DNA of 64,000 bases from the human T2T-CHM13v2.0 reference genome, Homo sapiens, in assembly GCF_009914755.1 (NCBI RefSeq), contig NC_060936.1, one strand, 5' to 3'. A program made the translations under genes and the position numbers. The notes beneath the pieces were generated by a model. That model made no database searches. It was not told the DNA's origin and saw only the letters and a list, made by a program, of their open reading frames with translations. The stretch's first letter is position 1, and every line of letters starts with the position of its first letter. Below, one piece after another: positions 1-13,590 of this stretch.

Positions 1-149
1 CAAGGAGGAATGTATTGCCTAATGAGAAACAAAACCACTATTTTCTAGGATTCACTGTGCCTTAAGCATAGTGACCTCATTTCAATAACGAGTACTGCAT
101 AATAATACTTCTTCAACTTTACAGGGACCTACAACCTATTCATTCTATC

Positions 150-1115
150 TCATTTTCACTATTTTTAACCTTCCACCCCTCTTATCTCTATTTTCCTTCC
201 TGTCCAGTTTTGATCATGGTCCATGTTTATAATTGCTCCCCTGCCAATATCCTTTATCTCCCTTGTCCCACTCTTCCCTGGTTGTAGTTGCTTGACCCTC
301 AATTCTATTAAATCCAACTCTCCAACTACTCCAGGCCTGCACACACATGCAAAAATTGGCTCTAGAGAAAGTTCAAATTTGTGACTACCAATATAATATG
401 AGCATTTAGGCCCAACAGTCCTAAGGGCCAGCATTTTCATTATCTATGTTCTACTTACTTGTCCTCTTAGATTAGTATATCCTTTTCCTTTTTTCTTCAA
501 ACCTTTAACACCTTCTTCCTCATCTTCACTCAGCTGATTTTTGCTTCCCACTTTATTGAGAAAATAGAAACAATGGAAAAGAAAAGAATGTTCACAAACA
601 TCCACTACCACAGGTACCCACTTAACCATCTTCCTACTGGTTCCTACAGATGAATTGCCTGATCTCAAACAAAGACCCATGCCTTTTCTTCTAGAACCCA
701 TCCCCTCTCACCCGTTATAGGACAAGATTCCAACAAATCCCTTTCTTTCTTGCATCATCAAGATTTTCCCCATGAGTAGATCACTTCCATTAGCATATGA
801 ACATGCTATAAATAACTCTTCCCCCATCCAAAAATGATGTCCCATTCTCTACCACTCTTTACAGAAAGGCTCCTGGAAATACTTGTCTGTACTCTCCACA
901 TACTACTGCTCTTTTTCCATTCACTCTTGAACCTTCTTCAGTTAGGCTTTTTCCTCCAACACTCCACTGAGACTGTTCATGTGAAGGTCACTAATGACTT
1001 GCACAATGCCAAAGATAATGATCACTTCTTGGACCACATATTCTTGACTATTTGCAATACTGACAGAAAAATCTTGATCTTCCCCTCAAATCTGTCCCTC
1101 CGTAAGCTTTTGCCA
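150..1115 (+). mobile_element. LINE-2 (L2) fragment, ORF2/RT region, degenerate
   Basis: ORF 834-1121 contains LQLGFFLQHSTETVHVKVTNDL, resembling the L2/CR1 reverse transcriptase motif QSGFRxxHSTETALxKVTNDL. It continues collinearly after the LTR at ~1773. Confidence 0.75.
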
Positions 1116-1772
1116 TCTTAATAAATTGCGAAGTGGTTTCACCAATAACCAATCCCAAGAGAGGACTTCCACTCTGTGGAGGACAGAAGAGATCATCATC
1201 ACTGTGTCAACCACAAGGAACAGGAGTCTGAACACTTCTGTCCACTGCGTCCTCAGCTGCAGTGTTACCAATTCCCTGAGTCTATGAGACAGAACACACT
1301 CATATGCAACACGTTACATGAAGCAAGTTAATTACTTACAGATAGGCAGCAAGAAACAAAACAAAAGAAGCCTGTGATCCATTGTGAGTAGGTTCCCCAA
1401 GGTTCGAGAAAGCTGCCTCGAGCAGATGGAGTCTTGATTGTGCCTGCTTCAGTTACACCACAGCTGAGGAACCTGGAAAGGCAGCCCGCCCTCCACCACA
1501 GGGGCAGTGTGACTCAGTGGATGAGCTTTGGAGGTAATCTTCCTTCTCAGGAGAGAGGAACAATCCCCGGGCTGTTCCGGGCAGTTCCTCTTTAACTTGA
1601 GATGTTACATTCCCTAGGAAGTACAGGAATAAGATCCAGGCTGTTTCAGGCAGTTCTTCCTTATCTCAGGACATTGCATTCCCAGCACATTTTACAGTTA
1701 TTCTTGGTAACTGTAAACAAGAAAGGGGGAGAACTGGGTGGGTCCAGGGCCATTCAGGGAACTGTCCTGCGA
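1116..1772 (-). mobile_element. ERVL-class solo LTR (MER54/MER73/LTR53-like) inserted in L2
   Basis: Reverse complement begins GCAGGACAGTTCCCTGAATGGCCCTGGACCCACCCAGTTCTCCCC...AAGAATAACTGTAAAATGTGCTGGGAATGCAATGTCCTGAGATAAGG, typical of this LTR group. L2 sequence resumes on both sides. Confidence 0.65.
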
Positions 1773-2586
1773 TAAATGTCAACTTCATCCATCTAGCTGC
1801 TCAGATCAAACATCCTGGTATCAACCTTGAGGTTTCTTACCTACAACCCATGTATAATCCTTCAGCAAAACTCTTACCACTTCTCACCACCCCTCTACTA
1901 CCATCCTTATCCAAGCTACAATCATCTCTTGCATGGATTATTTCAATTACCCTCTTTTTTATCTTTCAGTGAATGTTCATTAAATCTACCGGAAGGACTT
2001 TTCTAAAACCTACAATAGGTCATGTCATTCCTCAGGTCAAAAGTTGACCATCCATCAACTTTCATGGCTCTTTCCAATTGAAAGTCAACTTTTATCAGTT
2101 GCTTTCCATCACTTAGTAGAAGTCTAAGTACTTACAATAGCCTACAAAACCTTACCCAGTCTTGGCTCCCCATTATTTTTCCAACCCCACCTACTTTTCC
2201 TTTTTTCCTACTTTACTCCTCTCTGGCCACCCAGACCTGCTTGCCATATCTCAGACACCAGCAACATTCCTGTATCAATTCCTTTGCTTTTGTTGTTCCC
2301 TCTTCCCCAGATATCAACATACTTCACTTCCTGCAGATCCTTGTTCAAATTTGAGGGCTTCCCTAACTATCATATTTAGTATTGTAACCCTTTCTTCCTG
2401 GGCCCAGCACTCCCTATCGCCCTATCTATTTTACTTCATTTTAAAAAAAAATTGTCTCCCTTATTAGAATGCAAGTTCCACAAGATCAGAATTTTAATCT
2501 GTTTTGTTCACTATGCCAAGAACAGTGCCTTGCACACGTTTGTTGCTTAATAAATATTTGTTGACTAAATGAATGAATGAATGAAT
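1773..2586 (+). mobile_element. L2 3' part with (ATGA)n tail
   Basis: Typical L2 3' end: gaacagtgccttgcacac...aataaatatttgttgactaaatgaatgaatgaatgaat. Confidence 0.8.
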
Positions 2587-3099
2587 AGCAGAGATGACAG
2601 CCTTTGGACAAGTTTCCAAAGAGAAGCCTTGTGGTCTAATACTTGCATTAGTTACCATGTTGAAAAGAGATTGCTGTAAATTGGTACAGCCCCTTCCTGT
2701 GGTACACAGAATATCTAAGGAGAGCTGCAGTCCTTTGAGAGATGTGAAGATCCTGGGCTAGAAGAACAGACCCAGGCTCTCATCAGCACAGAGATGAAGC
2801 TTACTGAGAATGGCTCCCCTGGATGAAAGCAAATAGCACTCATACCAGCTATGCCTGAACATGGCACCATGTGAAATGACCAATAACTGCGGTATGCAGT
2901 TCTAGTTCCAATAGTTTTTTATTGTGGGGATCTCAGAGGGAATTATGACATTGGGAGTCATTTTCATGAGGCCACAAATAGTGTTGCCAAGTGGCTTAAT
3001 TTTTTTTATCATCTTTGTTGTAATTGTTGTCATCTTTATGATTATCCTTTCATTATTATTGGAGTGATTATGAGGAGAAAAGCACCAGGCTATCTAATA

Positions 3100-3445
3100 C
3101 AGGTTGAACATCCTTAATCCAAAAATCTGAAATCCGATGCTCCAAAATCCAAAACTATTTCAATGCCAACATGATGCACTCCAGGTAACAAGTGGAAAAT
3201 TCCACACCTGACTTTAGGTAATGGGTTACAGTCAAACAGTCAAAACTTTGTTTCATGCACAAAACTATTAAAAATATTATATTAAATTAACTTCAGGCTA
3301 TGGTGTTTAAAGGGCATATAAAACATAAATGAATTTTGTGTTTAGACTTGGGTCCCACCCCTAAGATATCTCACTATGTATATGCAAATATTCCAAAATC
3401 TGAAATCCAAAACACTTCTTGACCGAAACATTTAGAATAAGTGAT
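3100..3445 (+). mobile_element. Tigger4b/MER46-type TcMar-Tigger DNA transposon
   Basis: TA followed by CAGGTTGAACATCCTTAATCCAAAAATCTGAAATCC terminal repeat, internal CAAGTGGAAAATTCCACACCTGAC. Right terminus is degenerate. Confidence 0.75.
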
Positions 3446-4469
3446 TTTTGATATTTCCCCAGTTTCTGTGAGTTAGATTCAGGCAAGAGAGCTAAAATAT
3501 CTCTCCCAATATAACTTGGGTCATTGTTTCTCAGATGCTTTAGATGGATGAATATTGCTGGAGATTTTAGAAAATCTGGTGGTTTCTGTCTTCTTTCTAT
3601 CTCCCCTTTTATTACTAAAGAATGGTAGTCAAGGTAATTTGAATTTAGATCTTCTAAAGTTCCTTCTCTTTTAATAACTTCACACATTCCTGACAAGTGC
3701 TGTTTAGAGTGGCAGACTGACTTTATGCAGAGGAAGATGGTTTAGAAAATAAAAAAGTTTAAAAAGGGGAACGTTTACATCCTGATTTTCTTTCATGTTT
3801 CAAGTGAGGAGTTTGAATACTTTAGATTATAGGAGCAAGAAAAATTGCTGGAGGTCCACTTCTATTTAATAAATTTTAAGAACAGTTTAAATAGTTGGTC
3901 CAAAGAAGGGGAAAATATTGATAAAGAGGAAAAGGGAGGAGAGACAGCTGGGTAGAAGATGAGGGTGCAGAAGGGTAAATGTATAGTTACTCTTTTCTCT
4001 TGTCTCACCAGATGCTACTTAAACTATTTGTCATGGGGATAAGCAGGATGAGGCAAATTACTTTATGTTCAGAATAGGTTCTTCCAGTAGGGTGAATGCA
4101 GCTTCCAAAAATAAAGGAGAGTAGGAAGGAAGGTAAGAAGAAAAGGAAAGAAAATAAAAGATAAAAGTAGTGCAGAAGGTATTCTCAAAGTATCTTTTGC
4201 TGTGTTTAAAATGGGTACACAAGCTACGTGAAAGGAAAATGTGAATAGGCAAAGCTGGTGCCTACAGGATGCCAACAGAGTAGACAAACCCCAAACAGTA
4301 AAACCTGTTTTGAAAAAACTGATTGGTTGATGTTATGTAATTAGTTCATCTTCTTTTCCATTTTATTGATGCTGTCATTAATTTCCCATTAATGTCCCTT
4401 TCTTGGCTTATATAACTTTAGAGCTGCACAGTGAGAGCCTAAAAAAAGAATTAATAAGAATAAAGTGGG

Positions 4470-5620
4470 TTTTATTTTTTCATTTTCAAACTTACAGAAA
4501 ATTTACATGAATGAATTTAATAAATTTGCATGAACAGTATGGTGGACTCCTGAATATACTTCTCCCAGAGACCCGATTCAAGTTTTGCCAGTTGTTCTCA
4601 TGTCTTTATAGTAAAAAGGTCCAGTTCAGGAGAAGACGTTACACTCCATTGTCTGCCATGTCTCTCTATCTCCTTTTAGTCTGAATGAGTTCTGCAATCT
4701 CTACTTGACTTTCATGGCCTTGACATTTTCCAAGGTCAGTTATTCAATAGAAGTTCTCCAAATTTCTGTTGTCCAATGTTTCCTCTTGATTATAACCAGG
4801 TTATAAATTTTAGAGAAGTGATGTTGTGTTTTTCTCATTGCATTTGATTAGGTGACATATGATACTGATTTTTCCAATTACTGGGAGTGTTAACTTTGAT
4901 CACTTCATCAGATAGTGTCTGTTAGGTTTCTCCACTATAATGTTAACTTTTTCTCCCTTTGTAATTAAACATTTTGTAGAAAGATACTTTGAAACTCTGT
5001 AAAATTCTGTTTCTCATCTCACTTTCATCCACTAATTTTAGTATTTATTGATGTCTTGCTTGAATTCCTTTTGTATTTATTACTTGGCATTCTAATTTAA
5101 GAAATAATCTCTTACCCATTTATTTTCTTCCCATTTATCTATTTACTTACTATATAATTGTGGATTCATGGGTTCCTCTTTATGCAGTGGATTATAATCC
5201 ACTACTCTCATTACTTATTTATATGCTTAAGTTGTTCCAGATTTGGTCAGTAGGAGCTCCTTCAAGGTGGCTCCTGGATCCTTTGGTCATGTTCTCATTG
5301 TTTTTCTGAGAACTTTCTTACCTTCTGGCCCAACATGTTCAAAGCTCCTTATTCTTCCCCTGTTCTGCTTTCAGAGTCTCAATAAACTCTTGTTTCTTAT
5401 AGTGGAAAGCATTTAGAAATCAAGACTGGGCATTAAACTTGCTCATTGCTGCTCAGGCATTGTTGCTCCCAGGTCCCTTCAATGGATACATACAGACACA
5501 CACTTAAATCCATGTTTATTTACATGTCATATATATTTATATATCCACTCTTCCAATTCCAATCTAATAACACATCATTCATCTCAACTTTTCCTCTTTC
5601 CATGTTTGTACCTTCTCCAG
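4470..5620 (-). mobile_element. Old L1 3' region (L1MC4/L1MC5-like)
   Basis: Antisense L1MC-type motifs such as catgtctctctatctcctttagtctg, ttaactttgatcact, ccagatttggtcagtaggagctccttcaag. Confidence 0.65.
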
Positions 5621-6553
5621 CATTAGGAAAGTGGACTCCCTGTGTGGAGCCAAGCATCTGATTCTACCAGGCCTCTGCCCTGCTCAGCAGCCCTCCCTCT
5701 ATAGACCCTGACTCCCATCAAACTGCCTTCATGCCCACTCTAGCTCCCGCTTTGTGTGGACCCTGACACTCAGTAACACCCTTTCAATGGAAAGAAAGAG
5801 AGGCAAGCACTGGCCTCATTTTCTAACTGACCTTTCTGCATTGGCTGGCTATTTAGGCATCATGTAAATGTAGTGAATTGGTAACAGTGTTCTTAAAACA
5901 GCAGAGTTATAGCATGTGAGTATTTTATTTATTTAAATTCAACTTAATTAAAATACTGAAAATATTGTAAGATGGCACATACTTTCTATGCACATCTATA
6001 TATGCACGTTGCTGTATAGGAAGGGATCCACAAAATCATGGTTTACTGCAATGTGTGCACAGTTTAGGAATTTTTTTCAAGTGCAAATTTGACATTAGGT
6101 GCTTCTTACCTTATATGCTGATTTCAAAATCTAACTCTTCTATCAAGTAGGACTCTATTGTATAGCCTAAATTGTTTCAACATCTACTCAAATTCTTTCT
6201 CCAGGAGAACCATCATTTGGTTTCCAAAAAGGAAGCTGAGAGGATCACACACTGATTCTAGAACATATTACTTATTCAGGAAAAATGATACTTTTTTTTG
6301 GTAGGTAATCCTCTCTAAAATGTAGATTAATGCTCTGGTGACAAGTTTCTAGGCTAGAGCTAGGGAAAAGTAGGGTCTTGACTGTGGGACCAACTCCAAT
6401 AGAGTGGCTCACTGGGAGCAACTGGACACGGGAGCAACAATGCCTGAGCAGCAGTGAGCAAATTTAATGCCCAGTCTTGATTTATAAATGCATTTTTCCA
6501 CTATAAGAAACAAGAGTTTATTGAGACTCTAAAAGTAGAACAGGGAAGGAATA
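5350..6553. repeat. Inverted repeat, arms 5350-5470 and 6430-6553, 959-bp spacer
   Basis: Manual alignment of the left arm with the reverse complement of the right arm gives 7 substitutions and one 3-nt indel over ~121 bp. Confidence 0.9.
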
Positions 6554-9332
6554 GAGTCAAAGGAGGCCAAGCTGAAGAGCACCCTTATCAGGCATACAGC
6601 CAAAAAGAGTGCTGGGCAGGGAAGAGGACATAAGACATAAGCTTTAAATGAAAGAAGGGAGTAGTAAGGGCCAAGAAGCTGATGATAAATACTACCAAAT
6701 GGAGCCTTCGTTCATTCGAAATACGCGTATGAAGGACAGTATGTCCCAGAATCTTTGCTTACTCTGTGGATACAGAAATGAATATATGTGTTTCCTGCCC
6801 TGAAGAAACTTTCATTGTAGTAGAAAGGAATCATGCCAATAGTTACAAGGTATCTCAAGAGTCTTGCTACAGTCTTTAGATTTGTGAATTTTGACAGTCG
6901 TTGGTAAATTACTTTCCACAAGGCTTACACCAAGTTATAGAGTTGGAAGCCATTTCTAGATACTACTTTTAACACCCTTTCACACAGTATTTTATGTATT
7001 TGAAATGCACAGTTTAAGAAAGATTTAGATTAAAATTTTAGATATTTTCCCCCTTTCTTTCCTTTTCTTGAGATGTTAAGTAAGTATGAAGGAAGTAGAT
7101 AATGATTTTCTGAGAAAAAGTTAAAGTGCTTACCAGTTGTATTTTCCCAGATCTTGATGGTACCGGACTGGACTCCAAAGGGTACAGTAAATTATCTTTC
7201 AGTTAAAGCACTAACTTTGGTTTAGTGTTCATTAACTCTACAATTTTAGACTAGCTTTTGAGTAAATGAACATTATTCAGCTTAGTGTAAAGTTGTCTGG
7301 ACTTTACAAAACCAGGCAGTCATAACAAACTTTTCTGCAGGCAGTTAATGTGGCTGGCAGAGACCTATTTTGAGGATTTAAAGAAATGATAGATTACTCT
7401 TAGTAGTGATTATAAATAATAAGCAATGCTATCTGTGATATTTACCTACTGCAGAATTTTGGCTTTTGAAAATGGAATTTGGCTCCTTTCCCTTTACTTT
7501 TAGATATTTATTGTTCATTAGTAAGCTCTCTTTTATAGCTGCTAGTGGACCTTCTTTTGCTGCTGACATGCTTTCAGTTCCATAGAGTTTGTGGGCAAAA
7601 TGGTATTAGAAAAGCAAGTAAATCATCCTGATGTTCTATATATTACCTTGGCAAATAATTCTTTGGGCAAGAGCTCTAGACTAATAAATGAGAACATGTG
7701 GATAATTTAGAATTGTTTCTTTTTTAGAATCAATAGCCTGGGAATTGAAAAATTCAAAGTGCTTTTCCATGGCATTATTGTTTGAATTAATTTTTTACAA
7801 AACAATTTCAGTTCATTTGGAACTGGCTCTGTGTCTCTTCAATTTGTACTCTGAGAAAGAACTGAAGAACACTGAACTTTGGAAAAAATTTAATAAAGTC
7901 AGTTCACAATGGAACACCAGAAGATTAAGTTCCTCAGGCCTAATTCTTTTAGAATTGTGGGAACAGACAGGAGGTGAAGATCAGCAGCTGTCCATCCATC
8001 TGCAGAGCAGAAGCTCCCCTCTCAGGTTGGCAGTAGCAGGCAAAGGCTGGTGAAATGAGACTGAGGTCAAGACTACAATTCGTTCTCTTGTTTTAATGCA
8101 ATTTCAACTAGCTAATATGTACAAGGCATTTCAGGAGCATTAACATTTTGAGCCTTAGGCAATCAGATCTGAAGGCTCATTCTGTTTGATTCATAATGTG
8201 GATTATATTTTATAAGGTCGCTAAGACTTGATTATTTGCATATCCTAGAGGGTATAGCTCCTGCTCTGAACATTTAAAAGGAAACTCCTATAGAACATTG
8301 AACATTAAACAGAAAGCTACTATAGGTAAATCTCATAGAAATAAAAAAATTCTATAATCATAGTGTTAAAATTAAATGTTTGGATGATTATCACATCAGC
8401 AGTTTAATTTGACTATCTTGGTAACCACTGAAAATGAAGGAGTGGCACAAAGAGCCATTGGTGCATTTTATAACACTGCAAGTTAGCATAGTGATAACAC
8501 TTTTATTCAGACCATATAGAAACATGAACATTCGTCTCTCATCTACTTGCAACTATATCTTTACAGATAGATATAAAGACATATATACACCCAAGTAAGA
8601 CACAATTATCACAGAAAGTATTGTAAACATTAATGTTAATTTGTGGACATACATTGATTTGAAACAAATCCTTTACTTTAAATAGCTTTGATTTTCTGTC
8701 TATAAGATGAAAGAGAACATTAATAGCCATCACTCATGAAGTTTACCTAGTTGGATGTTAGCGCTTCTAAAAATGAATCAATATTCATTACTTTTCCACA
8801 TTGAAAGATTAAAGGAATAAATAATTTTTTGAAACTGAAAATGAAATTCTCAGAAATGTCAAGAAAATCTTTAGTGCAGTCTCATTTTAAGAAAAATTGA
8901 AGACAGATCATAAAAACCATTTGATATTAAAAAGGCTATTGTTACATAATGTAACCCAATTAATTAGGATCTGCTTAATTTGAAATATGTAACAGAGTAA
9001 AGGTAAAATGTGTTTTGCTTCTTGTAACTTGTTTAAAAAACCCCATATAGTTCATAAAAATAAAAATGAGAAGAGGATAAAATTTATCCCAGGAATTGTG
9101 TGCTGAAGTATCACCTATTTGTACATAGTTCAGTCCCCATTGCCCCCAAAACTGTATGTGTTCAGAGGTTTTCTGGAGGGTCTTATGCAGAAGTTTGTTC
9201 AACTTAAACTGAAGGAAGACATACTTTAACTATCAAAGCTAAAGTTGAAGCATGGGGGTCGGGGAATGGTCAAAACTTTTTCATGGTCCCCAGGTTAAAA
9301 AAAAAAAAGCCGTTTCTCTAGTGTGTGTGCAT

Positions 9333-9368
9333 GTTTTGTTTTGTTTTGTTTTGTTTTGTTTGTTTTTT
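9333..9368. repeat. (GTTTT)n microsatellite
   Basis: Directly visible. Confidence 0.9.
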
Positions 9369-10682
9369 GGTTCAACTCTAAAAACAGGACTTGTTCTGTG
9401 ACAGCCACATAAAGGTTAAATGGAGGATTATAGATTAAATGTTACCATTCTAGTGCATCTTTTAATTTGCTCCTATACCGAATCCATAGGAAACTGGATA
9501 TATGTCAGAATGTCATGGACAGATTGATGTATCAATGAGTATAGCAATTAAAATGCATTTCCTGAATTGGAAAGCACAATACATTGCTTTTAGACACAAA
9601 GCACAGGATTCACTCATTAAGAATAACTAGGGAGTTAAATTCTAGGGTTTCTGCAGTCTTACTCATGGTATTTGACTGCCTTGGTTCTATAATCAGATTT
9701 TAGCAAGCCTATAAAAATACTTAAAACTTTTTTGTTGTTGGTGGTGTGCTTCCAGCATAGCTAATGGATAGCTTATGACATTCAGCTTATAGGTCAAATC
9801 TGAGGTCTTATTGCATATCCGGGGAAAATTACTTTTTGAGTAACATATAGTACAACCTTCCACTCTTAATAGGGCAGGAGGAGTTCAGATACAAACACTT
9901 ACACATTCAAAGTGACCAGATTACATGTTTTCTACTTGTTCTGAAATGACTCCATAAATGCGATTTAAAAATTTATTTCTCCACCACAACACACAAAAAA
10001 TGTAGCAATAAATTCTAACATGTTCAGGTGAAACCATTCCTTTTCACTTGGCTATTCAAAAGATTATTATAACATCTCTAATACATGAAGAATGTTTGGG
10101 AACCTATAACACATTTCTTGTGTGTCTCAATTAAAAAAGACATTTCAATGCACTATACTGACTTTTCCTTATTCCCTTGTAACTGCAACATAATTAAAAA
10201 ATAAACCGAGTAAGGTAACTCAATGCAAATTCAATCTGATGTTAGAAGTAAGCTGCATATGAGACTAAATCAGATATGGGAGCTTTTTCTAAAACAGGAC
10301 TAAGCAGTGTTTCAAATCACCTAGAATCAATTATCATGGGACATTGTTGTAGAAATGATACTAAGTTAAAAAACATTTTTCTTATGAAAAAATCACAAGT
10401 CAGAGCTTGCCACTTACGTTATGCAAGATAAGTTTAGTGATGATCTTGTAAATGAATATCGATTTTTGTGTAGACTCCAATATTTCTAATCTATGAGAAA
10501 CTGTTCTGGGATCAAAAATGGCCAACTTCAGAATCTTCTTGTGAAGTGGTTGCTTCTCTGAGAAAACAAACAAAATTGTCTCATATGTGAATTATCACAT
10601 TTCTTTGTAAGTCTAGCTTTAATACAAGCTGAGTTAAAAACCAAAAAACCCTCCAGACCCTATATATGTATTGTTACTGGCT

Positions 10683-10701
10683 GACCCACAAGGTGGCACT
10701 A
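10683..10701 (+). promoter_or_regulatory. Candidate CTCF site
   Basis: gacCCACAAGGTGGCACTA matches the CTCF core consensus CCASYAGRKGGCRCTA except at one position. Confidence 0.55.
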
Positions 10702-12669
10702 AAGAGAAAAGTGACAAAAGTAAAGATCACAGGCAAGTTAGATATTAAATCAACTGTATTATAAGAATTAAATCTATTTCATAAAATGATACCAAATTTT
10801 AATATGCCGATAACTCAAAACAGTTATCTTTAGGTTCATTGTTTTTTTTTTTAATAGAGACTGTTCTAGAGCCAAAAGTTTCATTCAATCAAGCAGCTGG
10901 TTATTTTCAAGAGTTAATAATTGAATTTTTTGTGTAGTTATTTTGTGGGAAAGTTATTTCTCTTTGTAGATACAGACTCCATGATTATTATTTGATTGTA
11001 AACTCTGTTTCTCTTTTATCTTTTCTATAGTGCCTAGTGCTTAATGTTGTTAATACAAATGTAAAAAAAAAAGACCCAACATATTTAACTTTATAATACA
11101 AAGCATACTAACATATTTAGATTTTAATATTTGTAATTATAGCATACAAATAAATTTTTTAATGATCAAGAAAAAGCCATTTTAGCCAAAGTCTAATTGT
11201 TTGAACTTCAAGAATAATTCTTGGATCCCCAAATATATTTTTCACCTAACTTTCAAGGCACTTGGAGAGTAACTTCTGAGCCTGTATAGGGATGTGAATG
11301 GGACAATACTCTCAGAAAAACATGTACAGAGAGAGAAAAAATGGTATGTTGGTGTAGCCTTGGTGTGTAACCCTGAAATTAAAGAGGTATGGAGGATTCT
11401 TATAGTGTCATGTGGTGGAAGAAACTGGTAATTTTCTAGCAAACATCTCTGTATATAAGCAAGGAAAAGGCATGAACCCCACCCCCCCAGAAAAAAAGAG
11501 CTATTTTTCAGTTCACGATTAAGAAAATATATTATTTATGTACAGATCTAGTACCTGAAGAAAAAAATCAGAATACATCTTTTTCCATAGTTTGAAAGTA
11601 GGAATTCAGTGAGGTTTTAAAATAAAACAATTATAATTATTGTTGTATATTTGTTATATATACACATATTGTGATCTAGTCTCTAACAGAAGGTGTGTTT
11701 CTCATGTCAACATGACTGTATCTTTGACCAGAATCCTCACTTGGCAAAACTATATATATTTTATATTATGTTACATATCATTAAAAATAAGAAAACACTG
11801 TAGTTCAAAATTAGCTTTTAAAATTTACATACAGCGATATGACCTCAATACTAGCGATATTTCATTATCTAAAAGAAAAATTTCACCATATTTCTTCCAA
11901 TGTCTCTTCATCAGCCCATTTATAATAATCACTTGTTATTCAGATTCAAGAAAATACTGTAATTACCTCATTTAAACAGCTATATTGATAAACATTTATG
12001 TATTAAGCAGAATCTATCTGTAGTAAGCGAAGTTTTTAAGTGATAAACAATATTTTATTATTAAATGAAAGAATGGGGAATAAATGATTGGAAGACAGAA
12101 AAACATATATGGACTAGAAGATACATGTGGATGAAATAAAGCAGGATATTTTATGTCTGTGTGACTTTACATTAATATTTATCTATTGCGCCTTTGAAGC
12201 AGATATTTTTCATGGTTTGAGAGGTGAGGCACCATTCAAATTATGTAAATTTGCGCTGTCAAATAAGCCTGGGTTAAATATATATTTTTGGATGCATTGA
12301 AGAGGTAGATTCCTAAAGCATGTAAACTGCTTATTCTGCAGTATGAAAATAAGCTATAGTCAACTCTTTCAATTACTTAGTTCTCAGTCCAGGAATAATA
12401 ATGTTGTCAGGTTTTCTTTTTATCATTATCTTACAAAATTATAATTATTTCTTTGTTCAGGGTCATACTAGATTATTCTCTATTCATTTATTAACAAACA
12501 CGTAGCACTTACCATGTGCTAGGCACTGTCCTCTCCAAGGAGAGTATAGACCAGGCATGTTTGCTTCAGTGCTATATCCCTAGCACAGTGCCTGGCACTG
12601 ACTTCATAATTTATGTAGCAAGTATTCATTATGCAATTGGATAGTTTATATTTGGCTTACCTTTCAGGA

Positions 12670-12933
12670 AGTAGTATGACATAAAGGTTAAGTATAAAGG
12701 TGATGAAATGACCTGCGTGGCTTTGAATTCCAACTCTGCCATCTACTAATTAAATGACTCTGGCCAAGATATTTAATCTTTTTCAGCTTCAGTTTCTTGA
12801 TTTGTCAAGTGGAGGAAATAATAGCATTGACCTGAAGGTGGTGATTTTCATGATTACATAAGACAGCATAAAATGCTTAGACAAATACTTGGTACAAGTT
12901 AAGCCCTTGAAGAATCTTAGCTATTATTATTAT
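12670..12933 (+). mobile_element. MIR SINE, near full length
   Basis: ttgaattccaactctgccatctact...cttcagtttcttgatttgtcaagtgg...aaaatgcttagac...gctattattatt. Confidence 0.75.
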
Positions 12934-13513
12934 TTTCATTAATTCTTCCTGCCATATTTATCTGGAAACATGGATTTGAGCAATTTAAGTTCATGGTAAC
13001 AATTATAGGAGTATATTCACTATTTCCATTTCTTGAGTGACTAGACAAATTAACTAGTTTAACGGAAACATTTCTGGAACAAGAGTTAATTTCTATTGTT
13101 TGTAGACTTTGGTCTATATTATGTTTGCAGGTTTCATGAATAAATTGTAAACATTTCCATGATCTATACTTTGACTTTTTATAGAGCTTTCTTATAGAAG
13201 TCATAAACCAAAGAGCCTAGAGTGAACGCTAAAAAGTTTTAACCTAGCATGAGAACCCCTCAAATAAAGATATAACTTTCTTGAGATACTAATTCTCTCT
13301 TTGGATATAACATGTAATGCTAAAATTGGAAATGACACTTGAATTATTTGGTCATTCTTTTCCTTACATTTGCTCTTTACAGATATCCATTTTATGCTGT
13401 GAGGCTTGTTCTAGCTTGGTATAAACATAATCATGAGACTTTTCTGGGACTAAAAACACATAGTATAATATTAATAGGTTAGGAAATATTTCTATTAAAA
13501 ACAACTTCAAGTA

Positions 13514-13590
13514 TGAGGCTGCAATGAGCTCTTATCACACCATTGCACTCCAGCCTGGGCGACAGAGTGAGACCTAATCTCTAAAAAAAT
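13514..13590 (+). mobile_element. Truncated old Alu monomer 3' end (AluJ/FLAM-like)
   Basis: gaggctgcaatgagc...ccattgcactccagcctgggcgacagagtgagacc followed by an A-rich tail. Confidence 0.85.

Noticed and set aside
12516-12598. 14-bp inverted pair gtgctaggcactgt / acagtgcctggcac (miR-28-like L2 hairpin?)
   Set aside because: Stem too short for a pre-miRNA. It reflects two opposed L2/MIR tail fragments.
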